From assembly GCA_017439425.1 (NCBI GenBank), contig JAFSJE010000008.1, forward strand, positions 1,069-65,068: a stretch of 64,000 bases of DNA, read 5' to 3'. Numbering within the stretch: position 1 is the stretch's first letter; every line of letters begins with the position of its first letter. Shown here piece after piece: positions 17,183-25,438 of the stretch. The DNA comes from Oscillospiraceae bacterium. Its GTDB lineage: Bacteria; Bacillota; Clostridia; Oscillospirales; Oscillospiraceae. Below the pieces are notes generated by a model, which worked only from the letters and a program-made list of their open reading frames with translations, did not search any database and was not told the origin of the DNA. The translations under genes were made by a program, and so were the position numbers.

Positions 17183-17965
17183 TTACTCCTTCTCCAGAAT
17201 GTCGAGAACATGGTGCGAGGCGCCGATGAGATCCTGCCGCTCGCAGATCGCAAGGTGGTACTCCATCCATTTTGCAAACGTCTTCCCGTCCATAGCGTCG
17301 ATCATATCTCGATGGTAGTTCGTCGCGCCGTCGGTGGCGACGAGCTTCAGCCTCTTCACCGGAAGCTCAGCGTCATACGAGGCGATGTCCTCGGTGCGCG
17401 AGAGCTCGAAAAGCTCCTTCGGCTCGCTTACGCAGTGCCAGTCCTCTGTCAGCATACCCGCCTCGAGCACTGCGCCGAGATTATTTTTCCTGAAAACGTA
17501 CTGAATGACCGTCGGCTCGTTCATGCAGTAGGCGACGAGTATTTTTCCGTTCCTTTTCGTAACGCGCACCGCCTCCGAGAGCGCCCGCAGCTTGTCCGCG
17601 CGGGTGTAGAGGTGGTACATCGGGCCGAGCAGCAGCGTGATGTCGAAGCTCTCGTCCGGCAAAACCGACAGGTCGAGCGCGTTGCCCTCGATGGCGGTCA
17701 GCGGCTCAGAACCGTCGAGCTTCGATTTCAGCACCTCGAGATTGTGCGCGACAAGCTCGACTGCGGTAACGCGCAGCCCCTCCTTCGCAAGCGCCACGCT
17801 GTACCGCCCGGTACCGGCGCCGACCTCCAGAATCGCGGGGTCGCTCACTCCAGCAAGGCTCTCGCGGATATACTTCATCGTCGTGAGATATTCGACTCTC
17901 CCGTGCTGCGAAATGAGGCGGTTTTCTTCGTCGTATGCGTTGTAGTAATCTTCAAGATAGCTCAT
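17183..17965 (-). CDS. class I SAM-dependent methyltransferase
   Basis: 260 aa. SAM motif I is ILEVGAGTGRYSVALA, followed by an acidic post-I residue (VTAVEL). Confidence 0.85.
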   Translation of the reverse strand: MSYLEDYYNAYDEENRLISQHGRVEYLTTMKYIRESLAGVSDPAILEVGAGTGRYSVALAKEGLRVTAVELVAHNLEVLKSKLDGSEPLTAIEGNALDLSVLPDESFDITLLLGPMYHLYTRADKLRALSEAVRVTKRNGKILVAYCMNEPTVIQYVFRKNNLGAVLEAGMLTEDWHCVSEPKELFELSRTEDIASYDAELPVKRLKLVATDGATNYHRDMIDAMDGKTFAKWMEYHLAICERQDLIGASHHVLDILEKE

Positions 17966-17968
17966 TTA

Positions 17969-18502
17969 TTACCCCTCGCAATCACAATAGAAAATGACAT
18001 CCGACTTGCCCTCCTGCGAGGTGTGGCGGTACACGTTCGTGTCGAGCCCGCCGATATAAAACCCCGCGCCGAGGTAGAAAAGGCACGCGCCGGGGTTATT
18101 ATCCTGCCCCTGCGTGTAAATGCCTCGGTATCCGCACTCTGAGGCAAGCGCCTTCGCCCGCCCGATCAGCATTCTGCCGACCCCCTGCCCGCGATACGCG
18201 CGGGCTACCTTGAGGTCGTAGAGGTACATATATTTGAAAAACCCGGGCCGCAAAATCGCCAGCCCCACGCATTTCTCGCCGTCGTACGCGCCGAGGAAAG
18301 CACTCTCGCCCATCGCCTCGAAATCGTAGTTTTCGTCGGGAAAGCAAATCTCCGCGACGTTCTCCGGCGCAAAGCGAATCAGCTCCCACGTCCACTCCCC
18401 GTCCGCGCGCGAGACTGCCACGCGCCCGAAAAGCTCAAAGGGCTCGTTCGGGATATTTATGTCCTTTTTGTGCTCAGAATCGATGATTTTTACCTCGATC
18501 AC
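17969..18502 (-). CDS. GNAT family N-acetyltransferase, streptothricin-acetyltransferase-like
   Basis: 177 aa. DLKVARAYRGQGVGRMLI..YTQGQDNNPGACLFYLGAGFYIGGLD resembles SatA/Sat4-type enzymes. Assignment is by memory only. Confidence 0.6.
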   Translation of the reverse strand: MIEVKIIDSEHKKDINIPNEPFELFGRVAVSRADGEWTWELIRFAPENVAEICFPDENYDFEAMGESAFLGAYDGEKCVGLAILRPGFFKYMYLYDLKVARAYRGQGVGRMLIGRAKALASECGYRGIYTQGQDNNPGACLFYLGAGFYIGGLDTNVYRHTSQEGKSDVIFYCDCEG

Positions 18503-18508
18503 GGCTTT

Positions 18509-19078
18509 TCACCCCAAAAATCCTGCAATTTTCTCAATTTGCTCCCGTGAGAGCGGCGTATCGCTCCGGCGATGTATCGCGCGGTCAACGTCCCGCGCCG
18601 AGCCGAGAATATACCCGCTTTTCACCGGACTTCTGCCGCCTACGAGCATCACATAGCCCGCGACCCACGCGCCCGCACCGCTTTCGCGGAGGAAGTGCGA
18701 CAGAATATACACCTGCCGTCTGACCTGCCGGATGGGATTCCGAACCTCCTTTTCGTAGGTGTTTCCGGCGCCGGTGGTCTTGAGCTTGCGCCACTCAAAA
18801 TCGTCCTCGCCGCCGACGAGCCGCCCCTTGTAGCTCTTGACCTCGATGACGAACACGCCGTTTTTGTTCACGATTACGTTGTCAAGCTCCGTCCTTTTGC
18901 CGTCAAACGAGATTTTGACGTTGTGAAAGGCGCGGTCGCCCGGTCTGAGAACGCCCTTTATAACGCGCCTTGCGTACCTCTCGCCGCGGTTTCCGGCGCG
19001 CTTCCACTCCGGCGTGCGGAGTACCAAAAACAGTACAAAGAGTGCCAAAACCGCGCCGAAAATCAGAAAATAACGCAT
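18509..19078 (-). CDS. membrane-anchored NERD (nuclease-related) domain protein
   Basis: N-terminal TM helix IFGAVLALFVLFLVL. The NERD/PD-(D/E)xK-like core is ELDNVIVNKNGVFVIEVKSYKG. Confidence 0.75.
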   Translation of the reverse strand: MRYFLIFGAVLALFVLFLVLRTPEWKRAGNRGERYARRVIKGVLRPGDRAFHNVKISFDGKRTELDNVIVNKNGVFVIEVKSYKGRLVGGEDDFEWRKLKTTGAGNTYEKEVRNPIRQVRRQVYILSHFLRESGAGAWVAGYVMLVGGRSPVKSGYILGSARDVDRAIHRRSDTPLSREQIEKIAGFLG

Positions 19079-19398
19079 TATTTCCTCAAAAATCTCTCAT
19101 CCGCGGGCGCATCCTCAGAGACAAAGCGCTCGAATCTCATGTGCAGATCGTACTTTTCGCGCAGAGCGGCGATTTTCGCCATCATCGGCGAGGCGTGGTG
19201 CGCGTCTATCGCAGCCTGAGACTCCCATGAGTCGATGAGCAGGACGGTCTCGCGGTCGTCCATCGGGAAAAAGTATTCGTATCTGAGGTTCCCCGGCTCG
19301 CGGCGAATCTCATCGGCAGCGCCGGAGGCGGTCATTTCGCGCGCGAACGCCTCCGCCGCGCCGCCCGTACCGGTATAGAAAAGGTGTAGTGTGATCAT
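19078..19398 (-). CDS. antibiotic biosynthesis monooxygenase (ABM)-fold protein
   Basis: Starts at MITLHLFY (ATG at 19398). It has the ferredoxin-like ABM pattern (NLRYEYF..LLIDSWESQAAIDAHHASP). Confidence 0.65.
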   Translation of the reverse strand: MITLHLFYTGTGGAAEAFAREMTASGAADEIRREPGNLRYEYFFPMDDRETVLLIDSWESQAAIDAHHASPMMAKIAALREKYDLHMRFERFVSEDAPADERFLRK

Positions 19399-19469
19399 AA
19401 ATATGCCTCTTTCTGTTTGTTGCTCCAATTCTACCAAAAACCGCGCGCAAAAGCAACCGCGCTTAAAAA

Positions 19470-19500
19470 AAGACTGCCGGGAAAATCCCGACAGTCTTTT
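19470..19500 (-). terminator. intrinsic terminator about 180 nt downstream of the GH3 stop
   Basis: On the minus strand AAGACUGUCGGGA/UCCCGGCAGUCUU forms 13 bp, with the single odd position a G-U only in this orientation. A T run follows. Confidence 0.7.
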
Positions 19501-19678
19501 AAGAAAGCGCTGATTAATTCGGCAAGAGCGAAGAGCGAGGTATTTTTTGTCGCAATGACGGCAAAAAATTGAAGGAATACTTTGTGTATTTCAAAATTTT
19601 TTGACTAAATTGCGGCGGAAAAGAGCCGCTATGCGCCGAAGCCGCATTTAGTCAGCGTTTCCTTAATATTACCTTATC

Positions 19679-22573
19679 TTACTTGGAGGCCTTGAGATAC
19701 TTCTTTACAAGCAGGAACTCCCAGAGGGCGCAGAGGCAGAGGACAACAACCGTGCAGGCGATCCTGATGATCTCCCAGGTTGCAAGTCCGCCTGCGGCGC
19801 CGACGCCGTAGGCGCGGGAATTGGCGGTGGTGTAAAGGATGTTCTTGGAGGCCTGACGCATAGCGAGAACGGAGGTGGCGCTGGTCTTATCGGTCATCTC
19901 GCTGTACTCGGTCATCTGCGGGGTAAGGCAGAAGTCGTTGCCGTTGCGGACGAGGATATCAGCGTCCTGATAGCCGTAGCCGCCGAAGTAGTCGGTAAGC
20001 ACCATGCCGCGGAAGCCCCACTCGCCGCGGAGGACGGAGTTCTGGAGCTCGGTGGTGGCGGCGGCGTACTTGTTGCCGATATAGTTGAAGGCGCTCATGA
20101 CTGCGGTGCAGTGGCCTTCCTTAACGGAGAGCTCGAACGGTCTGAGGTAGATCTCGCGCATCGCCTGCTCATTGGTCCAGGTGCAGAGCATATCGGTACG
20201 GTGAGTCTCCTGATCGTTGAGGGCGAAGTGCTTCATGAAGGCGTAGACTCCGCTCTCTGCGGCGCCGAGGATGGCGTTGGCGGCCATCTTGCCGGAGATG
20301 AAGCCGTCCTCGGAGTAATACTCGAAGTTGCGGCCCGCGAAAGCGCTTCTGTGGATGTTCATAGCCGGAGCATACCAGCCGGAGACGTCCATCTCGTCAG
20401 CCATCTTTCCGATGGACTGGCCGAACGCCTTGGCGAGGTCGACGTTCCAGGTCGCGGCGATAACTACGCCCGCGGGGAAGCCGATGGACGCCTTGCCGGT
20501 GAAGTTGTTGTTGATGGAGGCAGGGCCGTCGCAGTCGACCTGCTGGGTCTTGCCGACGGAGTCGATAGCTACGCTCTGATAGCCGCCGACGCCGATAAGC
20601 TGTACCATATCCTCAACGGTAAGCTGGTCGAGGAGCTTCTCCCACTGAGCGTCGTCATAGCTCTTGCCCTTCATATCGGCAAGGGTGAGGCCGTTCTTCG
20701 CGCCGGTGGTGGGCATAACGTCGGAGGCGTTATTAAACTGAGTCGGGTCGTAGTTCGTGTGGTTATAGAAGCCCGCCTTCGCCTCGTCGCTCATCTCAAA
20801 GTTGGTCGGAGCGGCGGTAGCCTCGGCGTAGTTTGCAAAGCCGTCAGCGCGGCTGAGGTAGGTAACGTCGCCTGCGGCATAGCCGAAGAGGCTGGTCGCA
20901 GCCTCGGCGTCGCTGGAGCGCTTATTAGACTCGTTATAAGTAATAGTGGTGGGAACATTGTAGGTCTTGGAGTCGATGACGTTGTGGGAATCCTTGTTGA
21001 TGGAGATGACGTAGTCGCCCGCCTCGAGAACGTAGCAGCCGGCTCCCTTGTAATCGAAGGACGCCATATCCTCAGCCTTGAAGCTGATCTTTACGGTCTC
21101 GGAAGCGCCGGGCTGGAGAACGCCGGTCTTGGCGAAGGCTACGAGGTTTGCAACGCTCTTCTCGATGCCGCCGTTGGTGTAGGGCGGGTTGAAGTAGACC
21201 TCGACAACGTCCTTGCCGGCGACGGAGCCGGTGTTCGTGACCTTGACGTCGAAGCTGAGAGTGCCGTTGGACTCAGAAATAGCGCCCATCTCCTGAGTGA
21301 AGGTGGTGTAGCTGAGGCCGTAGCCGAACGGGAACACGACAGCCTTGTCGTAGTCGATGACGCCCTCGGCTGCTGCGGTCTCATACCAGCGGTAGCCGAC
21401 GTAGATGCCCTCGACGTAGTTGACGAAGTTCGGAGTTACGGGGAAGCCGTAGCTCATGGGGCTGACGTCCGCGAGGTTCGTGTACTGGAACTCGCCGATG
21501 TTGTTGAAGTTGGGCGCCGCGGTGAGATCGGCAACGAAGGTGTCGATGGTGCGGCCGGAGGGGTTGACCTTACCGGTGATGATGCTGCCGAGAGCATTGA
21601 AGCCGGTCTGGCCGGGCCCGGGAGCGAGAATTGCGGCCTTGATGCTCGGGTACTCGTTGAGCCAGCCGAGCTCCATAGCGTTGGAGGCGTTGATGACGAC
21701 GATGACGTTACTGAACTCGCTTGTGACCTTCTCGATCATGGCAAGCTCGCGGGTCGTGGGCTCAAGATAGCTCTTATTCGCGTCAAGATCCTCGGGATAC
21801 TCGCTGTAACGAAGACCGGTCTGGCTGAACATTGTGCCGTTGCCGTCGTCGTTGAAGGTGTCGGGAACGTTGGGGTCGAGGCTCGTCGGAAGGTCAGCGC
21901 CCTCGCCGCCGGAGCGGGAGATAACGATGAGCGCGGTGTCGGAGTAAGCCTTCGCGCCGTCGAAGATGCCCTTTGCCTCGTACTCAGCCATGCTGGGCTC
22001 GGGAACAGTCCAGTCCTGACCCATCATTCCGATGCCGGGGCGGGCTGCGCGGAAGTCCTGATAGAACTTCACGAGGTCTGCGTTGTACTGGATGCCGGCG
22101 TTCTCAAGTCCCTTAAGGAGGGAAACGGTCTCATAGAGGCCGGAGAGCGAGCCGGAGCCGGTGCCGCCGTAGACGGGGTTAGTGGAGGACCAGCCGAAGG
22201 TGTTGAGCTTCACTTCGCCGGAGAGCGGAAGAAGTCCGTCGTTCTTGAGAAGAACAAAGCCCTCCTCGCTGATCTCCTCGCACAGCTCGCTGGCGTTGGT
22301 GATGCTTTCCTCGCTGATGTCGCCGCTTCCGCGGAGCGCCATGCTGACGATTCCGTAGAGCGGGCCTGTGAGAACAAGATTAAGTACGATTACGAGGGCT
22401 ACAACGAATGCAACCCACGCCGAGCCGCGGACAAGACCCTTAAGGGGCTTCTTGATTTTGATCGCGGCGATGGTGACGATGATCGCCAGCGCGAGAACGA
22501 TACCGAGAGCGATAAGATGACCCTGGATAAGTCCGAGCGTAGTGATTACGTCGTTCATGTTGATGCCGAGCAT
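19679..22573 (-). CDS. glycoside hydrolase family 3 (beta-glucosidase/xylosidase-like) with N- and C-terminal membrane anchors
   Basis: Starts at MLGINMND (ATG at 22573, GGAGGA 8 nt upstream). GH3 features include GFRGMVLTDY, the SAFNYIGNKY region and an FnIII-like domain. There are two N-terminal TM helices and one C-terminal TM helix followed by KKYLKASK. Confidence 0.85.
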   Translation of the reverse strand: MLGINMNDVITTLGLIQGHLIALGIVLALAIIVTIAAIKIKKPLKGLVRGSAWVAFVVALVIVLNLVLTGPLYGIVSMALRGSGDISEESITNASELCEEISEEGFVLLKNDGLLPLSGEVKLNTFGWSSTNPVYGGTGSGSLSGLYETVSLLKGLENAGIQYNADLVKFYQDFRAARPGIGMMGQDWTVPEPSMAEYEAKGIFDGAKAYSDTALIVISRSGGEGADLPTSLDPNVPDTFNDDGNGTMFSQTGLRYSEYPEDLDANKSYLEPTTRELAMIEKVTSEFSNVIVVINASNAMELGWLNEYPSIKAAILAPGPGQTGFNALGSIITGKVNPSGRTIDTFVADLTAAPNFNNIGEFQYTNLADVSPMSYGFPVTPNFVNYVEGIYVGYRWYETAAAEGVIDYDKAVVFPFGYGLSYTTFTQEMGAISESNGTLSFDVKVTNTGSVAGKDVVEVYFNPPYTNGGIEKSVANLVAFAKTGVLQPGASETVKISFKAEDMASFDYKGAGCYVLEAGDYVISINKDSHNVIDSKTYNVPTTITYNESNKRSSDAEAATSLFGYAAGDVTYLSRADGFANYAEATAAPTNFEMSDEAKAGFYNHTNYDPTQFNNASDVMPTTGAKNGLTLADMKGKSYDDAQWEKLLDQLTVEDMVQLIGVGGYQSVAIDSVGKTQQVDCDGPASINNNFTGKASIGFPAGVVIAATWNVDLAKAFGQSIGKMADEMDVSGWYAPAMNIHRSAFAGRNFEYYSEDGFISGKMAANAILGAAESGVYAFMKHFALNDQETHRTDMLCTWTNEQAMREIYLRPFELSVKEGHCTAVMSAFNYIGNKYAAATTELQNSVLRGEWGFRGMVLTDYFGGYGYQDADILVRNGNDFCLTPQMTEYSEMTDKTSATSVLAMRQASKNILYTTANSRAYGVGAAGGLATWEIIRIACTVVVLCLCALWEFLLVKKYLKASK

Positions 22574-22599
22574 ACTGATTTTTCCTCCTCTTTTCATTT

Positions 22600-22616
22600 T
22601 GCACAATCGATGTGCA
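22600..22616. promoter_or_regulatory. inverted repeat TGCACA-N5-TGTGCA in the GH3 leader (candidate operator)
   Basis: TGCACAATCGATGTGCA lies just downstream of the predicted -10. It shares the TTTGCACAA core with sites at 25295-25306 and 30324-30332. Confidence 0.4.
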
Positions 22617-22624
22617 GTAGTCAC

Positions 22625-22653
22625 AATATACTATATAATATATGCCTTGTCAA
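22625..22653 (-). promoter_or_regulatory. sigma-70-type promoter for the GH3 gene
   Basis: On the minus strand: TTGACA (22653-22648), 17-nt spacer, TATATT (22630-22625). Confidence 0.6.
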
Positions 22654-22708
22654 CACACTTTTGTAACATTTCACAAAGAGTCACGGGTTTGTTCAGATAA
22701 TGCAGTGC

Positions 22709-22740
22709 AAAATTATAAGGCGGGGGTAATCCCCCGCCTT
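22709..22740 (-). terminator. intrinsic terminator overlapping the stop codon of the 229-aa gene
   Basis: Perfect 10-bp stem AAGGCGGGGG/CCCCCGCCTT with loop TAAT, followed on the minus strand by ATAATTTTG. Confidence 0.8.
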
Positions 22741-23428
22741 AAAGACTCAATAAATATCTCAGATACTCCCCGCACTCCGCCTCACGCTCGGTGTTTGCGA
22801 TGACAGCAAAATACACCGGCTCATCAAAGCCCGGGAGCGAATCAAGCCGCGCACCGTTTGAGCGAGTTTCAGTTCTGACGATGTGCTCGGACGCCTCGTT
22901 CAGCGTGTACTCTATGTCGTTATCCTCCAGAACTACCTCGTTTTCCGTCAGAATATCCGCCGGCGCTATGCCGTCAAGCTCCATAAGGTACCCCGCCGCG
23001 GAGAGGATATCGTACGCCTGCCGGCTCATCAGCACAACATCGAGGGTTTTGGACTCCGCCGCCGCCATCAGCTTTATGCGCGAGGCATAGGCGGACTTGT
23101 GCGCCTCGCCCTCGGCGGAGTCTGAGATGTAGAGGTCGCGGTAGATGAGCACCTCGTTTTTTCTCGCGTCAAGCCCGAGGCTTTCCGTAAAGCCGCCGTC
23201 GAGCGAGCTTTCAAGCTCCGCTCCGACGGTGACGTTCACGAGTCCGAGGTACAAAACCGGCTCTTTTCGCGTGGCAAACCGCCATATTTCGCCGGAAATA
23301 ATCACTATCGCGGCGATTCCGAGGATAATGAACCACTTATAGTACGTCCAGATGTGGTCTATTTTCTCCCTTGCCGAAAGGCGCCGGAACGCCTCGCGGC
23401 CGTCGCGTCTGTCCTTGTCGTCAGCCAT
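22739..23428 (-). CDS. hypothetical membrane-anchored protein
   Basis: 229 aa with one TM helix (WFIILGIAAIVIISG) after a charged N-terminus. No family recognised. The start overlaps the YesL stop (TAATG). Confidence 0.55.
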   Translation of the reverse strand: MADDKDRRDGREAFRRLSAREKIDHIWTYYKWFIILGIAAIVIISGEIWRFATRKEPVLYLGLVNVTVGAELESSLDGGFTESLGLDARKNEVLIYRDLYISDSAEGEAHKSAYASRIKLMAAAESKTLDVVLMSRQAYDILSAAGYLMELDGIAPADILTENEVVLEDNDIEYTLNEASEHIVRTETRSNGARLDSLPGFDEPVYFAVIANTEREAECGEYLRYLLSL

Positions 23429-24087
23429 TATTCCTCCGTCTCCTCGTCCTTATCGTCGTCAGGGCTGCCGGAGCAGGCGTCGATTATGCGCCACATGAGC
23501 AGCGACGAGAGGAGCGCGCAGAGCCCCTCTCCGAGAAGCATGAACGGCGTGAAGAAGCGGACTGTGATAAAGAACACCGCAAAGTGGATGGCGGCGACGC
23601 AGATGGTCGCAAAGAGATAGTGGACGCCGATGAGAAACGCGTTTTTTATCATCTCTCGGTTCGTGTTCTGAACGCTCGCCACGAGCGGGAAGAGCCAGAT
23701 GAGCGCAATGACGTAGAAAACGCCCATCGCAATCACCGCCGCAAGCAGAACAGTCCACAAAACCGCCATCGGCCCCTCCGCGATGAGGCGCAGATGGTAG
23801 AGTACATACCCGTCCGCGCCGAGGAAAACGCCGACGGCGAGCATAATGAGCCACAGAACGGTGGCCTGCTTGAAGTTTTCCTTGAAGGACTTGAAAAACA
23901 TCTTCGTGACGTTGCCGTCCTCGTCGCGCGCGAGCCTCAGCATAGCGTAGTAAAGCCCCGTGGTCGCGGCGCCGATGGTGAATATCGGTATCGAGCAGAT
24001 AAACCACAGAAGATTCAGCCAGCAGGCGTAGGAGAATCTTATAAGGATCCGACTTGCCTTGCTGTCGTAGGATAGAAATTTCATCAC
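23428..24087 (-). CDS. YesL-family (DUF624) membrane protein
   Basis: 219 aa. The N-terminus ..LNLLWFICSIPIFTIGAATTGLYYAMLRL.. is typical of DUF624 proteins found in sugar loci. Confidence 0.75.
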   Translation of the reverse strand: MMKFLSYDSKASRILIRFSYACWLNLLWFICSIPIFTIGAATTGLYYAMLRLARDEDGNVTKMFFKSFKENFKQATVLWLIMLAVGVFLGADGYVLYHLRLIAEGPMAVLWTVLLAAVIAMGVFYVIALIWLFPLVASVQNTNREMIKNAFLIGVHYLFATICVAAIHFAVFFITVRFFTPFMLLGEGLCALLSSLLMWRIIDACSGSPDDDKDEETEE

Positions 24088-25149
24088 TTAGCCCTCTATT
24101 TCAAGAAAATCTCCCGTTGACTCGCGGGGAACTATGTCGGTCGAGGTGTACATCGTCCGGAAGTCGAGCGACGGCTCCTGAATGCGCGTTATGAGCATCT
24201 GCGCGGCGGAATACGCCATTATCTGCGTGTGGATATGCACCGTCGTGAGCGCGGGAACGAGCATCTTCGACTCCGGCGCGTCGTCAAAGCCGCAGAGCAT
24301 AACGTCCTCCGGCACGCTCTTGCCGAGCTTGCGGAGAATCTGAAGCGAATCGTAGGCGACAAAGTCGTTAGCGCAGATAAAGAGCTCCGGCAGCTCATCG
24401 AGCGCCTCCAGCTCGTGGTAGAGGTCGACAACGTTGATGCTCTTTATTATAAACCGCTCCTCCACCGGCGCGGAGGCGAGCATCATTGCCGTTCTGAACG
24501 CGATATAGCGCTCGAAGAAGCTCTGGCAGTGGTCGTAATCGCCGATAAAGCCGATTTTCCGGATGCCCCTTCTGAGCGCGGTCTCGACAACGCGGATTAT
24601 CTCCGTAGTGTTGTCCATAAAGAGCTGATCGGCGGGCAGGGCGCGGCCGCCGGTGCGCACCGGCCCGTCCACAAAGAGTATCGGCAGGCCGAGCTCGCAG
24701 AGCATTTTATCGTAATCCCAGTCGAACATCTCTATGCAGACGATGGCGCTCGCCTGCTCGGGCAGGAAGGTGAACGGCAGAACGCCGTTTTTGATGTCCT
24801 CCTTGCTGACGTGGTGCGTATTGAGCCGGTAGCCGAGCTGACTGAGCTCGCGCTGGAGCCGGTCGAGCATCGTCGCGGCGAAGTGACTCCCGCCGAAGTA
24901 GAAGGTAGTGAGCAGCGCGATCTCGCCGAGCTCAGGCTTCTCCTCGCCGCCCTCGCCCTCGGCGTTCACCGCCTTGTAGAGCGTCTGAACGTAGCTAAAC
25001 TGCTTGTAGCCCATCTCGACCGCCTTTTGCAGTATCTTTTCGCGGGTGACCTCTGCAAGACCCTCGGAGTTGTTGATCGCCTTCGACACCGTGTTGCGCG
25101 AAACGCCGAGCGCGTCCGCTATGTCCTGTATCGTTACCTTTTTGCTCAT
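24088..25149 (-). CDS. LacI-family transcriptional regulator
   Basis: Starts at MSKKVTIQDIADALGVSRNTVSKAINN (HTH; ATG at 25149), followed by a periplasmic-binding-protein-like sugar-binding core. The 115-codon upstream extension was rejected. Confidence 0.9.
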   Translation of the reverse strand: MSKKVTIQDIADALGVSRNTVSKAINNSEGLAEVTREKILQKAVEMGYKQFSYVQTLYKAVNAEGEGGEEKPELGEIALLTTFYFGGSHFAATMLDRLQRELSQLGYRLNTHHVSKEDIKNGVLPFTFLPEQASAIVCIEMFDWDYDKMLCELGLPILFVDGPVRTGGRALPADQLFMDNTTEIIRVVETALRRGIRKIGFIGDYDHCQSFFERYIAFRTAMMLASAPVEERFIIKSINVVDLYHELEALDELPELFICANDFVAYDSLQILRKLGKSVPEDVMLCGFDDAPESKMLVPALTTVHIHTQIMAYSAAQMLITRIQEPSLDFRTMYTSTDIVPRESTGDFLEIEG

Positions 25150-25183
25150 GAATACACGCCCTTTGCGGTGATTATTACCTATT

Positions 25184-25212
25184 ATAATAATACCTGAGTT
25201 TACAAATGTCAA
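25184..25212 (-). promoter_or_regulatory. sigma-70-type promoter for the LacI-family gene
   Basis: On the minus strand: TTGACA (25212-25207), 17-nt spacer, TATTAT (25189-25184). Confidence 0.5.
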
Positions 25213-25290
25213 CGAAATACGCATTGAATGCAACTCAAACGAGCAGAGTACACATTTTTGGGCATTTCTATTTGTGCATAACGATAAAAT

Positions 25291-25307
25291 TGTTGCATTT
25301 GCACAAA
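25291..25307. promoter_or_regulatory. candidate operator (imperfect palindrome TGTTGCA-TT-TGCACAA)
   Basis: Lies just upstream of the -35 of the ABC-operon promoter. The core GCATTTGCACA is identical to the site at 25369-25379. Confidence 0.45.
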
Positions 25308-25314
25308 TATTCCG

Positions 25315-25343
25315 TTGACTTTTACATTTTGTAATGCTAATAT
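25315..25343 (+). promoter_or_regulatory. sigma-70-type promoter for the ABC transporter operon
   Basis: TTGACT (25315-25320), 17-nt spacer, TAATAT (25338-25343). Confidence 0.65.
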
Positions 25344-25365
25344 GACCTTGCGTCAGGGCAGAAAT

Positions 25366-25379
25366 TGTGCATTTGCACA
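25366..25379. promoter_or_regulatory. candidate LacI-type operator, perfect 14-bp palindrome TGTGCA-TT-TGCACA
   Basis: The two 6-bp arms are exact reverse complements. It lies about 20-35 nt downstream of the -10, a typical repressor position. Confidence 0.5.
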
Positions 25380-25438
25380 TTTGGCGGTGCGTGTTTGCGC
25401 GATTTTTGCCTAACCCGTAACGAAAAAGGAGGAGTTCG

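Noticed and set aside
16535-18142. 535-aa plus-strand ORF antisense to the GNAT/methyltransferase genes
   Set aside because: It has no domain-like motifs and lies opposite several short genes with clear family signatures. It was treated as an antisense artefact.
19500-19680. Possible third copy of the 210-nt repeat in the GH3 3' region
   Set aside because: Only short shared words (AATTCGGC, ACTAAAT) were found. No colinear alignment with copies A or B could be made by eye.
20111-22666. 851-aa plus-strand ORF antisense to the GH3 gene
   Set aside because: The translation is low-complexity (G/A/V/D/L/E-rich) with no recognisable motifs or RBS. The opposite strand encodes a clearly homologous GH3 enzyme, and stop-free antisense frames of this kind are typical in GC-rich coding DNA.
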